The position numbers and the translations under genes are program-made. Shown piece by piece: positions 17,213-27,169 of a stretch of DNA of 64,000 nt. Source of the stretch: Thermoplasmata archaeon (GTDB lineage: Archaea > Thermoplasmatota > Thermoplasmata > Lutacidiplasmatales > UBA184); NCBI GenBank assembly GCA_021798195.1, contig JAJZYH010000009.1, positions 56-64,055 on the forward strand, written 5' to 3'. Under the pieces are notes generated by a model. That model was not told the origin of the DNA and did not search any database. It saw nothing but the letters and a program-made list of their open reading frames with translations. Each line of letters begins with the position of its first letter. The first letter of the stretch is position 1.

Positions 17213-18694
17213 ATGGATTCCGGCATCCGGCTGGCCTCCTCTGCGGTCCCCCGCGGTCCCCCGGTCCGGGTCCTTCTCGTGGACCCGTACCTGCGGCGGG
17301 AGGACCCCATGGAAAGGAAGGAAGTGGAACTCTACCCGTCCCTGGGCCTCCTTTCGCTGGCCTCCTACCTTCGGGCCCGGGGGCACGAGGTGGCCATCCA
17401 CGACCTCACCTTCCAACGGGGGCTGGGCGGCCTGAAACGGGCCGTCCACAGGATGCGACCCCACCTCGTAGGGGTGCATACCAAGACGCTCACGTTCCCC
17501 CGGTCGGTCCGGATCGCCCGGATCGCCCGGTCGGTGGGCGCCCTGGCCCTGGCTGGGGGACCGGATTCCAGCAGCCGCCCCCGCACCTACCTGGAGGCCG
17601 GTTTCCATGCGGTGGCCCTGGGTGAGGGAGAGGAGACGCTGGCCGAGGTGGCCCGACGCCAGGCCGAGGGTCGCCCCTACGCGGGAACCCCCGGCCTCGC
17701 CTGGAAGGAAGCCTCGGGGATCCGGTTCGGGCCCCCCCGTCCCCTCCTCCGGGACCTGGACTCCCTCCCCCTCCCGGCCTGGGATCTCGTGGACATGGAG
17801 CGATACCTCTCCCGCTGGGAACGGGCCACGGGAGACCGTCGGATGGCGATCCTCACCTCCCGCGGGTGCCCGTTCGATTGCTCCTGGTGCTCCAAGCCCT
17901 CGTTCGGACGGAGCTTCCGCCAACGCAGCGTGGAGAATGTCCTTTCCGAGGTGGACCGCCTCCGAGAGGAATACCGCGTGGACTACGTCCGGATCTGCGA
18001 TGACGTCTTCGGGATCCAGCGCCGCTGGACCGAGGCGTTCTTGGACGGGATGATCGCCCGGGGATCCCCCGTCCGGTTCGAATGCCTCTCTCGGGTGGAC
18101 CTCCTGAAGCCGGCCCTGCTCCCCCGGATGAAGAGGGCGGGCCTCTCCCGCGTCTTCCTGGGCGTGGAATCCGGCAGCCAGCGGATGCTGGACCTCATGA
18201 ACCGGGGCACCACGTTGACCCAGATCGAACGCGCGGCGAGCGCGCTCCGGGCCGAAGGGATCCGCCAGTACTGGTTCCTGATGCTGGGGTACCCGGGCGA
18301 GACCCTCTCCGACATCGAGGCGACGGTGGCGCTCTTCCGCCGGTTCGCCCCGGAGGAATATTCCGTTTCGGTGGCCGTCCCCCTCCCGGGAACCCGGTTC
18401 CATGACCTCCTGCGCCGGGACGGGCGTCCCACCCAGGGTGGCCACGTCGTCTACGAGGGGGTCTACCCGGCCTCCGTCTACCGGGTGACCCGCGCCCGCC
18501 TGCGGGTGGCCCGGAAGCTGGCGAAGGCGGATGGCCGGTTCTCCCCTTCGCTCCTCGCGCGGTTGCGGCAGGTGGAGGATGCCCTGGGGCGGGGGATCGT
18601 GGAGAAGGTCCTGATCCCCCAGGGCCGACCATCCGCTCCTGCCCGGGGAGCCCTGCCCACGACCCAGCCCGAGACGCGTTCGCCGGGTCTCTGA
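17213..18694 (+). CDS. B12-binding-domain radical SAM protein
   Basis: N-terminal B12-binding-like region, then CPFDCSWC (Cx3Cx2C). Confidence 0.75.
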   Translation: MDSGIRLASSAVPRGPPVRVLLVDPYLRREDPMERKEVELYPSLGLLSLASYLRARGHEVAIHDLTFQRGLGGLKRAVHRMRPHLVGVHTKTLTFPRSVRIARIARSVGALALAGGPDSSSRPRTYLEAGFHAVALGEGEETLAEVARRQAEGRPYAGTPGLAWKEASGIRFGPPRPLLRDLDSLPLPAWDLVDMERYLSRWERATGDRRMAILTSRGCPFDCSWCSKPSFGRSFRQRSVENVLSEVDRLREEYRVDYVRICDDVFGIQRRWTEAFLDGMIARGSPVRFECLSRVDLLKPALLPRMKRAGLSRVFLGVESGSQRMLDLMNRGTTLTQIERAASALRAEGIRQYWFLMLGYPGETLSDIEATVALFRRFAPEEYSVSVAVPLPGTRFHDLLRRDGRPTQGGHVVYEGVYPASVYRVTRARLRVARKLAKADGRFSPSLLARLRQVEDALGRGIVEKVLIPQGRPSAPARGALPTTQPETRSPGL

Positions 18695-18953
18695 GGCGGA
18701 TCACCGCCGGAGCGGCTCGGGAAGGGGCCTCCGGGGATGCGCGGGACAGGGGCGATGGAGGCGGCAGAGACGGCACTTGTCCGGCGGGACCGGCGGGATG
18801 GGCTTCTGCATGTGCCCGTACTTCCGGCGGGGCATGGTTCCCACCCTCTCCCCAGGGGGTCCCTCCCCAAAGCCTTGGTGGCGCCCCGGGAATCGCAACC
18901 GCTCACTTGATGAACTGGAGGGCCGTACTTCCGGACACCGTACGTGATCCAAG

Positions 18954-20054
18954 ATGGTCTCGGAGGTCCGGGGACATGCCACGGTCGCGGGGACGGCTCG
19001 ATATGCGGCCCGTGCCCAGGGGATCCCCCGATCCCATTTCCGTGACTTCCGGGAACTGACGTTCAGTTCCCTGGGAGTGGGGACGTACCTGGGGAACCCG
19101 GACGCGGAGACCGACCGTTCGGTGGAAGAAGCCCTGGTCCGTTCCGTCGCCTCGGGAGCCGTCAACGTGGTGGACACGGCCATCAATTATCGCCATCAGA
19201 AGGCGGAGCGGAGCGTGGGCCGGGCCCTCCGCCGGCTCATCCAGGAGAACCGGATCACCCGGGACGAGATCTTCCTGTGCACCAAGAACGGCTACCTGGC
19301 GCCCGACGGGGACGCGCCGGTCCCCCCCGCCGAGTGGATCCGCCAGGAGCTCGTGGCCACCCGGTCCCTGGACCCCAAGGAGATCGTGGATGGCGCCCAC
19401 GCCATGAGCGTCTCCTTCCTGCGCGATCAACTGGCCCGCAGCCTCCACAACCTGGGGGTGGAGGCCGTGGACCTCCTGTACCTTCACAATGCGGCGGATG
19501 CCCAGCTCGAGGCCGTGGGCCGCCGGGTGTTCATGGAGCGCCTGGCCGCCGCCTTTGAGTTCTACGAGGAGGCGCGGAAGAAGGGACGCCTCCTCTGGTA
19601 CGGGCTCGCCACGTGGGACACGTTTCGGCTGGCCCGGACGGAACCCGGGTACCTCTCCCTCCAGGATGTGGTGGAGGTGGCCCGCGCGGCGGGTGGAGAT
19701 GCCCACGGGTTCGCCTTCATCCAGTTCCCCTTCAACCTGGCGATGCCGGAAGCCGCCATGATCCGGAACCAGCCGGTGCGCGGGCAACGGGTGACCCTCT
19801 TCGAGGCGGCCCACCTCCTCCACGTGGGGACCTTCTCCTCGGTCCCCCTCATGCAGGGTCGGCTGGCCCAGTGGTCCGGTGCCTGGCCGGGTTGGACCGG
19901 TGCCCAGACCGCCCTCCAGTTTGCCCGCTCCGCCCCCCACCACCTTGCGCCCCTGGTGGGCCAGAAGGGTCTGGATCACGTGGAGGAGAACCTCAAAGTG
20001 GCGCGATCCCCGCCCCTCGATCCGGAGGAGTTCCACTCACTTCTCAAGAAGTGA
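18954..20054 (+). CDS. Aldo/keto reductase family oxidoreductase
   Basis: AKR-like N-terminus (GTYLGNPD...VNVVDTAINYR), and the length fits. Confidence 0.8.
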   Translation: MVSEVRGHATVAGTARYAARAQGIPRSHFRDFRELTFSSLGVGTYLGNPDAETDRSVEEALVRSVASGAVNVVDTAINYRHQKAERSVGRALRRLIQENRITRDEIFLCTKNGYLAPDGDAPVPPAEWIRQELVATRSLDPKEIVDGAHAMSVSFLRDQLARSLHNLGVEAVDLLYLHNAADAQLEAVGRRVFMERLAAAFEFYEEARKKGRLLWYGLATWDTFRLARTEPGYLSLQDVVEVARAAGGDAHGFAFIQFPFNLAMPEAAMIRNQPVRGQRVTLFEAAHLLHVGTFSSVPLMQGRLAQWSGAWPGWTGAQTALQFARSAPHHLAPLVGQKGLDHVEENLKVARSPPLDPEEFHSLLKK

Positions 20055-20104
20055 ACCGCAGGCGGTCCGGCCCCTTTGCTCGCGGATGGCGGGGGGGCCC
20101 TCGC

Positions 20105-22678
20105 TCATCCCGCCGCCGCGGGCAGGGATGCCAGGGGATCCTCGGGTCGCGGGTCCACCCGGAGCCGGCTCACCCCGTCCACCTTCTCCACCCGCACGAC
20201 CGTCGAGGCCACGCTGGCAAGCTCGGCTTCGTGGGAGATCAGGACGATCTGGGGGAGGTCCAGTGTCCGCAAGAGGTCCGCGAGCCTCTCCAGCTGCTCC
20301 CGAGAGAACCCGTCGGTGGGCTCGTCCAGGATCAATGTGGAGAGCTTGAGCCGCTCCTCGCGCCGGACCAGGCGCGCCAGGGCGAGGCGGAAGGAGAGCG
20401 CGAGGGCCGTCCGCTCTCCTCCGCTCAAGGCCTCCGGGGGGTCCCGGGAGCCCATGGTTTCCACGAACGGCGTGAACTCGGAGTCGATCCCGGCGCGGAG
20501 GGAGGAGTCCTCCATGAGGGATCCGAAGAACCGCCGGAACTCCTGGTCGAACATCCGTAGCCCCTGGGCCATCGTCTGCCGTTCCAACTCCATTGTACAC
20601 TCCCGGAACGGTCCGTTGAGCCATCGGGCGATCCGGGCCACGCGGTCCGCCTCCTGTTCGTACTGCCTCTTCCGGGCCAGTTCGCCTTCCAGCTCCCGAA
20701 TCCGGGATTCCCGTTCCTTCCGACGGGTCTCGGCCTCTGCCTTCCGGACCTTGAGTCCGTTCACCTCGCCCGCCAAGCGGTCGAACTCCGCCTCCACGGA
20801 AGCATCCCGGACCACGCTCCTCTCCAGTTCCTGTGCATCCCGGTCCAGGTCTTCTATCGCCTGCGCCAGGCCGGCTCCCTCCTGCGCCGATGCGTTGCGG
20901 GCCTCTTCCTGGCGTTGGATCGCCGAACCGAGCTGCTCCAGGGCCCGCTCCCGGCTCGCGAGGTCCTGGCGAGCCAGCTCCACGCGATGGAGCGCCTGCC
21001 GGGCCGCATCGAGATCCTGTCGGGCCTGTTGTTCGTCCGCCTCGCATCGGGCGAGGAGAGCGGGCGCCTCCGAGAGTTCTTCCTCCACCCGGCGCGCGGA
21101 CTCCCGCTCCTCGTCCCGGAGGGTACGCGAATCGGTGAGCCTCTGCAGTTGCTCCTCCAGCCTCTTCACGTCTCCCACGAGGTCCTCCACGCGCTTCCGT
21201 GCCTCCTCCCGCCGTGTCTCATCCTTCTCGAACTGGCTCCGGAGCTTCCGTTCCTCCTCCAGCCCTTGGAGCGCCTTGTGGAGGTCCGCCAGTGACCGTT
21301 CCAGTGCATGGACCCTCGCCTCCGCCTCGTCCCGATGGGTGCCGAACCGGCCGGGATCCACGGCCTGGTGGCACCGGGGGCAGGTGCCGGAGCGCAGGAG
21401 TTCCTCGATCTGATCGCGCTCCGCCCGGGCCGCTCCCCGCTCCCTCTCCACGCGGGAGATCTCTCCTTGGACCTTGGACAGGTCGGCCTGGATCGCCGCG
21501 CCCTCCCGGGGGAGCTTCCCGGGTTCGGGTTCCGGGGGCAGGTTCCCGCGGGTCTCTTCCAGTCGGCGCCTCTTCTCCGAGAGGGAACCCGAGGTCACCG
21601 TGATCTCCCGGTCCAGATCGGCGATCTGGCGGGAGATCTCCTCGGTCTTTCGATGCGCCTCCACCCATCTCTCGTGGCGCTCCCGGGCGGCCACCGTCGC
21701 TTCCTGGCGCCGGGAGAGCGAGAGCTCCAGCCGGGAGAGGTCCGGGGCGTCGGCCTGCCCCTTCTCCACCGCGCGCCGCGCCTCCTCCCGCGCCGTTACG
21801 TCCACGGAAAGCTGGTCGGTGAGTTCCCGCAGCCTCTTCTCCAGCCCCTGGTGCCGCTCTTCCCACGCCGAGAGGGAGCGCGCGATCTCCGCACGCCGCG
21901 AACGGAACGCTTCGAGACGCGTGCGGTCCGCCCGCAGTTTCTGGAGCGCCGCCTCCATCCGGCGGCGGCTCTCCTCCCGGGCCTCGAGTTCGGCGCCGAG
22001 CCGCCCCTCCTCCACTTCCAGTTGCCGCCTCTCCGCCTCGACAGTCCCCAGCTGGCTCTCGGGGTCCCCCAGGTTCCGGGAGCTCTCCCGGAGCATCTGC
22101 TCCATGTACCCGAGGCGCCGAGCGAGCTCCAGGGAGTTCTCCCGCGCCACGCGGAAGCGCTCCACGCCCAGGGCCTTGCGGACCGTCTCGAGACGGGCGT
22201 CCGGCTTGGAGAGGAAGACCTCCCGCATCTGCTCCTGCGGGATGTACACCGCCCAACGCCACAGGTCGCTGTGGGCGCGCGGGTTGGGATTGTCGGGGAA
22301 ACCCAGCATCTCGATCACCGCCCGCTTGAGCTCGGTGGCGCTCATGGAGGACCGCTGCCCGTTGCGGCCCAGGCTGCAGTCGGCCACGTCGAAGGTCTCC
22401 TGGCCCCGGCTCCTCCGCCGTCGGATCCGGCGGCGGAAGGAGAAGCGCTCCTCTCCCTCTCCGAAGGTGACTTCCACCTCGCCCGCAGAAGCCCCGTGGC
22501 GCAGGAGGAACTCGGGATGCACCTCGGAGGGCCCGAAGAGGGCCGTCTCCGCCGCCTGGAGAAGGGAGCTCTTCCCGGCCCCGACGTCGCCGGTGAGGAG
22601 GGTGACGCCCTCTCCCAGGTCCAGCTGGCCCTCCTCGTAGCTCCGGAGGTTCGTCACGCGGATGGATCGCAGGATCAC
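20105..22678 (-). CDS. rad50: DNA double-strand-break repair ATPase Rad50
   Basis: Walker A GDVGAGKSS, long coiled coil with a CPRC zinc hook, signature SGGERTALALSF, D-loop ILDEPTDG. GTG start overlaps the mre11 stop (GTGA). Confidence 0.8.
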   Translation of the reverse strand: MILRSIRVTNLRSYEEGQLDLGEGVTLLTGDVGAGKSSLLQAAETALFGPSEVHPEFLLRHGASAGEVEVTFGEGEERFSFRRRIRRRRSRGQETFDVADCSLGRNGQRSSMSATELKRAVIEMLGFPDNPNPRAHSDLWRWAVYIPQEQMREVFLSKPDARLETVRKALGVERFRVARENSLELARRLGYMEQMLRESSRNLGDPESQLGTVEAERRQLEVEEGRLGAELEAREESRRRMEAALQKLRADRTRLEAFRSRRAEIARSLSAWEERHQGLEKRLRELTDQLSVDVTAREEARRAVEKGQADAPDLSRLELSLSRRQEATVAARERHERWVEAHRKTEEISRQIADLDREITVTSGSLSEKRRRLEETRGNLPPEPEPGKLPREGAAIQADLSKVQGEISRVERERGAARAERDQIEELLRSGTCPRCHQAVDPGRFGTHRDEAEARVHALERSLADLHKALQGLEEERKLRSQFEKDETRREEARKRVEDLVGDVKRLEEQLQRLTDSRTLRDEERESARRVEEELSEAPALLARCEADEQQARQDLDAARQALHRVELARQDLASRERALEQLGSAIQRQEEARNASAQEGAGLAQAIEDLDRDAQELERSVVRDASVEAEFDRLAGEVNGLKVRKAEAETRRKERESRIRELEGELARKRQYEQEADRVARIARWLNGPFRECTMELERQTMAQGLRMFDQEFRRFFGSLMEDSSLRAGIDSEFTPFVETMGSRDPPEALSGGERTALALSFRLALARLVRREERLKLSTLILDEPTDGFSREQLERLADLLRTLDLPQIVLISHEAELASVASTVVRVEKVDGVSRLRVDPRPEDPLASLPAAAG

Positions 22679-24039
22679 GGGAGCCTCCCGCGACGGTGGG
22701 CCGGGGGGCTGTCCTCCGGGGAACGGAGAGCGTTGCCGGGGGAGCCCGCAGGGACCTCGATCCCCACCCATCGGAGGGCGATCTCCAGCCTCTTCTCCAC
22801 GTAGTCGGTGCGCGCTTCTCCCTCCGCGGGCGGGATCCCCAGGGAGACGAGGAGTTCCCGGGCCCGGGAGAGCCCCTTCTCCCCCTGGAACTCGGGAGGC
22901 ACGTCGGTCCCGGAGATGGCCCGGGTGAGCGCTTGGAGGATCCGCGCCTCCCCGTCGGTGGGAACCCCGGGGTCCTCGCCCGGGGCACCGGGTCCCTCGG
23001 AGGGCGTCGTGAGCTCGTTCACGTCAAAGCGCACCGATGTGGCTCCCTCCCGCCGTAGGTCCTTTTCCACGGAGCCCAGGTCCAGGTCCTGGAAGGTCCC
23101 CTGCCGCAGGAGCCCCCGGACCCGGGGCAGGAGGTGCGCCCCCTGGGGCCGGAGGTCCTCCATCTCGGTCCGGATGCGGGCCACCGCTTCGGAGGCGCTG
23201 AGGCCATCCACGTCGATGTCCATGACCCGGAACCGGTCGGCCCGCGTGGTCACGTGCCACCGGGGAACGGCGCGTCCGTCCACCACGTCGACGATCACCA
23301 CTCCGGCCCGTGTGCTCCCCTGAGCCACGTTGGCGAGGTCCGTGCGCGAGGTTCCGAAGACCGCCCCGGGGTTCACGAGGGGCCCGCCCCCCGGCCCCTT
23401 TCCCTCGTAGGTGACATGGATGTGACCTCCGGCGTAGTAGGCACAGCCCTCGGGGAGGAGGTCTTGGGGGACGCCGGGCACATAGCCCCGGAGGTGGGGA
23501 GGCAGGAACTCCTCCACCGCCGCGTGGAAGAGGAAGATGCGCGTCCCACGTTGGGCCGTGAAGTCCGACGGGTCCATGTCATCGAAGGCCCTGCGGTCCA
23601 GGCCCTGGGCGCGCCCCGAAACTCCCGCGAGGACGGCTCCTGTGGGTCCGTCGCGGAGGAACGGAAGGGTCCAGCGGGTCCCCTCCTGCGGGGGCTCTTC
23701 CCCGGCGACGCGCTGGAAGAGTCCCCCCTCGGAGAGCACATCGAGCCAGCTGGTCCTCCCGAAGAGATAGTCGTGCGATCCGAAGATCGCATAGATCCGG
23801 ATCCCGTCCGCCTGGAGCGACCGGAACGCACGGGCGAGGGGGGCGGCCTCGGAGGGGTCCGGGACCGGAGTGTGGAAGGTGTCCCCGGAGAGCAGGAGGA
23901 ACTCGCACCGTTCCCGGCGTACCGTCTCCAGAGCCTCCAGGACGGAGGTAAGCAGCCCGCGGCGGAGGCCGGGGTCGCGGGACCACGCTCCCACGTGCGC
24001 GTCCGCCATGTGGGCGAAACGGAACTGCCGGGCCGCCAT
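22675..24039 (-). CDS. mre11: DNA repair nuclease Mre11 (calcineurin-like phosphoesterase)
   Basis: FAHMADAHVG, LLLSGDTFH, GSHD, GGHIH phosphoesterase motifs. Confidence 0.85.
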   Translation of the reverse strand: MAARQFRFAHMADAHVGAWSRDPGLRRGLLTSVLEALETVRRERCEFLLLSGDTFHTPVPDPSEAAPLARAFRSLQADGIRIYAIFGSHDYLFGRTSWLDVLSEGGLFQRVAGEEPPQEGTRWTLPFLRDGPTGAVLAGVSGRAQGLDRRAFDDMDPSDFTAQRGTRIFLFHAAVEEFLPPHLRGYVPGVPQDLLPEGCAYYAGGHIHVTYEGKGPGGGPLVNPGAVFGTSRTDLANVAQGSTRAGVVIVDVVDGRAVPRWHVTTRADRFRVMDIDVDGLSASEAVARIRTEMEDLRPQGAHLLPRVRGLLRQGTFQDLDLGSVEKDLRREGATSVRFDVNELTTPSEGPGAPGEDPGVPTDGEARILQALTRAISGTDVPPEFQGEKGLSRARELLVSLGIPPAEGEARTDYVEKRLEIALRWVGIEVPAGSPGNALRSPEDSPPAHRRGRLP

Positions 24040-24129
24040 CAGCTGGGGGGACCTCCTTGCGCGGAACGGGACATGGACGCACCTCTTCAGGGTATCCGCA
24101 CCGGAACCCGGTCCCTCGGGGGGGGCAGG

Positions 24130-24495
24130 TCAGCGAGGGGAACCCGGACGCTTTGGGGTCGGCGCTGTGCCCGGGGCCGGTGGGGACCCCTCGAGGGACC
24201 TCTTCAGGATGGCCGCGAGGATCCCGCTCATGGCGCCCCCGAAGAGGATCCCCTCGTCCCAGGGGACCGTCCCCGAGGAGAGCGACCGGGGGGTCAACTC
24301 CACCACCACCTCCTCTCGGGGCTTGGGAGGGGGAGGAGGCGGCAGCACGGCCTTCTGCAGGTCCTCCACCTGGCGGGACATGAGGGCAAAGAGCTCCGTC
24401 GCCTCCTCCATGGTGATCTCCCGGTTCGCGAGCCGCTGGAGGAGGTAGGTCCTGCGGACCGTTTCGCGGGAAGGGGCGCCGGGAGGAGCCTGCAT
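24130..24495 (-). CDS. Hypothetical protein (Pro-rich middle)
   Basis: ORF with some natural composition. No recognisable domain. Confidence 0.3.
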   Translation of the reverse strand: MQAPPGAPSRETVRRTYLLQRLANREITMEEATELFALMSRQVEDLQKAVLPPPPPPKPREEVVVELTPRSLSSGTVPWDEGILFGGAMSGILAAILKRSLEGSPPAPGTAPTPKRPGSPR

Positions 24496-24605
24496 CTGGA
24501 AGGGGGAACCGGCCGTCTCTCATCAAGGCTTCGCGGAGCCGGAGCGCTCCGCCGTCCTCCCGCCATGGGCAGTCCTTATCTTCTTGGGGCGGGTCCGTGG
24601 GCCCG

Positions 24606-24968
24606 ATGGAACCGCGTCCGCCCGAGCAAGGGGACGAGCCTCACAAGCACCTTCACGTTCGCCTCACCGACGCGCGGGCTGCGGTCTACGAGTTCATCAC
24701 CGAGTACCTCCAGGTGGCCGGAAAGGCACCGGACTGGTACTGGCGCACGGTGGGCCGCCTGGAGGGCCAGGAAGTGGACAACATGGAGGAACTCCTCGCC
24801 TCGGCCTTCGAGGCGGGGGCGTACACCGCCCATGACCATCCCGAGACGTTGCGATTCCAGTGGGTCACGGAGAAGGAGTGCGAGAAGGAGCGACGGGCCG
24901 AGGAGAAGGCCGAGGGCCACGAGGATCCCCGGCAACGGGACCGGATGGCGATGAGCCATTATGCGTGA
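24606..24968 (+). CDS. Hypothetical protein
   Basis: Natural composition (EYLQVAGKAPDWYWRTVGRLEGQEVDNMEELLASAFEAGAYTAHDH). ATG 24606 lies about 26 nt from the CCTTATCTT island. Confidence 0.4.
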   Translation: MEPRPPEQGDEPHKHLHVRLTDARAAVYEFITEYLQVAGKAPDWYWRTVGRLEGQEVDNMEELLASAFEAGAYTAHDHPETLRFQWVTEKECEKERRAEEKAEGHEDPRQRDRMAMSHYA

Positions 24969-25168
24969 ACGGGGCGAGCTCCGGCCCGGGGATCCGGGCG
25001 ATCCTCCCCGACGGGGATGTCCCCTGGATTGTCGGGGCCGACGAGGCCTTCGCCTCCCCCGATGCAGCCGGCACCCTCCGACGCACCTCGATCGCCAGGA
25101 CCTGGGGTGCCGCTCCCGCGCCCGACCCAGATCCCGGCTACGGGCATGCTCGTTGGGAGGGTGAGGCG

Positions 25169-25501
25169 ATGGGTGAGCCGGTTCCCCTGACTCCGCGCGA
25201 CTTCGACGGGCTCAGCCTCCGGCGTCCCGGGCGGGTGGTGGCCCTGTTCGCCGCGCCCTGGTGCCCGTACTGCCGTGCGTTCCGGGCGAAGTATGTGAAG
25301 CTGGACCCCCCTTCGGGGGTGCTCCTCGCAGAGGTTCCCATGGACGATTACGAGGAACCCCTCCCCCTACGGTTCGACATCGAGGTCATCCCCACGGTGA
25401 TCGCCTTTGAGGACGGAAAGGTCGCCTGGCGCCACAATGGCATCGCCGGAGTGGGGCTGGGCGAACCTACCCTCCTCAAGATCCAACGCTGGACCGGGTG
25501 A
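25169..25501 (+). CDS. Thioredoxin-fold protein (WCPYC active site)
   Basis: VVALFAAPWCPYCRAF motif. The internal ATG 25169 is preferred because the upstream part of the ORF looks non-coding. Confidence 0.7.
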   Translation: MGEPVPLTPRDFDGLSLRRPGRVVALFAAPWCPYCRAFRAKYVKLDPPSGVLLAEVPMDDYEEPLPLRFDIEVIPTVIAFEDGKVAWRHNGIAGVGLGEPTLLKIQRWTG

Positions 25502-25552
25502 GGGATCCCCCCCGGTTCCGGAGGTCTCCGGAGAGCCGCGCGGCTGAGGTCC

Positions 25553-27166
25553 CTACCCGTCCTTGGGCCCGGGGGCCGGTTGGTTCCCGGTGGAGGTCGG
25601 GGGCGGCCCGTCCGCCTCCTCGAAGAGGAGGGGGTACGCCGTGGAGGCCCACCGGCCGTCGGGGTCCCGGAAGACGTGCTTCACCTCGGAAAATTCGTCG
25701 AGCGCCTCGGGACCCAGTTCCCGGCCGATCCCGGATTGCTTGAAGCCGCCGCGGGGGGCGTGGCACGAGAGCAGGTGGTAGCTGTTGATCCAGACCGTTC
25801 CCGCGCGCAGCCGGTCCGCGACGCGCCGCGCCTTGGAGACGTTCTCGCTCCAGACCGCCGCCGCGAGCCCGTACTCCGTCCCGTTGGCGATCTCCACCGC
25901 CTCGTCCACGCTCTCGTAGGTCAGGATGGACAGGACCGGTCCGAAGACCTCCTCCCGGGCGATGCGCATCGAGGGGGTGACGTCCGCGAAGATGGTGGGG
26001 CGCAGGTAGAAACCCCGACGGAGCTCGGGCGTGTCCGGCCGCTGGCCCCCCGCGAGGAGCTTTGCCCCGTCGGCGACCCCCGAATGGATGTAATCCTCCA
26101 CCCGCTTCCGCTGCTCCTCGCTGATGAGGGGGCCCACGTCGGTGGCAAAGGACCGGGGGAGTCCCACGCGGAGCCGGTGGGTCTTCTCCAGGAGGAGCTG
26201 GATCACGCGATCCCTCTGCCGGGCGGGAACCAGGAGGCGGCTACCGGACTCGCAGAGCTGTCCGGCGTGGAGGAAGATCCCGAAGATGGCACCATCGGTG
26301 GCGCGCTCCAAGTCCGCGTCCGGCAGGATCAGGTTCGCGCTCTTCCCCCCCAGCTCCAGGAGAGTCCTCTTGATGGTCCCCGCCGAACGGGCGAGGACCT
26401 CCCGGCCCACGCTGGTGGAACCGGTGAAGCTCACCAGGTCCACCCGGGGATCGGCAACCAGGAGGTTCCCCACGTCGGCGCCGGGTCCCGTCACCACCTG
26501 GAATGTCCCCTTGGGAAGTCCGGCCTCGTCGAGGATCCGCGCGAGCTCCAGAGAGGTGAAGGGGGTCAGCACCGAGGGCTTCAGGATCACGGTGTTGCCG
26601 GCGGCGAGCGCCGGCCCCACCTTCCACACCGCCATGAGGAGGGGGAGGTTCCAGGGGGCGATCCCCACGCACACCCCCACGGGCTCCCGGACGATGGTCC
26701 CCTCGCTCCCTTCCAGGTCCGGCTGCGCCACCCGTCGCCTCTGGGGACGGGCGGCAAGATCCCCGAAGTAGGAGAGATGCTCCGGTGCCAGGGCGAGGTC
26801 GAAGAACGTGGCCTGCCGGATGGGTTTCCCCGCGTTCCGGGATTCGAGCTGGGCAAGGACCTCGGCCCGTTCCGTGAGGAGCTGCGCGGCCCGGCGCAGG
26901 ACCTGCGCCCGATCCTTGGGCTTCCAGCGGGGCCACGGCCCCCGGTCGAAGGCCTCGCGCGCCGCGTCGACGGCGCGCTTCACGTCCTCGGGAGATGCAT
27001 GGGGGGCGTGTCCGAGGACCCGCCCGTCGGACGGGTCCAGCACCGGGGTGGCCCGTCCCTGGGAAGCGGAGACCCACTCCCCCGCGATCCACATCCTCCC
27101 CTCGATGAGCCCTCCCTCCGTCCCATCCGTTGCGCCCTGGAGCATGGTATCCCTCCTCCACCACAC
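25553..27166 (-). CDS. NAD(P)-dependent aldehyde dehydrogenase
   Basis: GSTSVGREV, ELGGKSANLI, catalytic Cys in FLHAGQLCESGSRL, EEVFGPV. Confidence 0.85.
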   Translation of the reverse strand: MWWRRDTMLQGATDGTEGGLIEGRMWIAGEWVSASQGRATPVLDPSDGRVLGHAPHASPEDVKRAVDAAREAFDRGPWPRWKPKDRAQVLRRAAQLLTERAEVLAQLESRNAGKPIRQATFFDLALAPEHLSYFGDLAARPQRRRVAQPDLEGSEGTIVREPVGVCVGIAPWNLPLLMAVWKVGPALAAGNTVILKPSVLTPFTSLELARILDEAGLPKGTFQVVTGPGADVGNLLVADPRVDLVSFTGSTSVGREVLARSAGTIKRTLLELGGKSANLILPDADLERATDGAIFGIFLHAGQLCESGSRLLVPARQRDRVIQLLLEKTHRLRVGLPRSFATDVGPLISEEQRKRVEDYIHSGVADGAKLLAGGQRPDTPELRRGFYLRPTIFADVTPSMRIAREEVFGPVLSILTYESVDEAVEIANGTEYGLAAAVWSENVSKARRVADRLRAGTVWINSYHLLSCHAPRGGFKQSGIGRELGPEALDEFSEVKHVFRDPDGRWASTAYPLLFEEADGPPPTSTGNQPAPGPKDG

Positions 27167-27169
27167 CCT

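Noticed and set aside
16556-18445. 629-aa minus-strand ORF
   Set aside because: Antisense to sufU, the ferredoxin and the radical SAM gene. Low-complexity translation.
18701-18835. 44-aa basic Cys-containing ORF (MPRRKYGHMQKPIPPVPPDKCRLCRLHRPC...) on the minus strand between the radical SAM and AKR genes
   Set aside because: Plausible small protein, but too short and unconserved to support from sequence alone. No promoter island nearby.
21219-22988. 589-aa and 498-aa ORFs (21219-22988 minus strand, 21308-22804 plus strand) overlapping rad50
   Set aside because: Alternative frames of or antisense to the Rad50 coiled-coil region. Only the frame carrying Walker A, the zinc hook and the signature motif is credible.
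24860-25168. Upstream extension of the thioredoxin ORF
   Set aside because: Gly/Arg/Glu-rich low-complexity sequence. The thioredoxin fold begins shortly before the WCPYC motif, so the internal ATG at 25169 is preferred.
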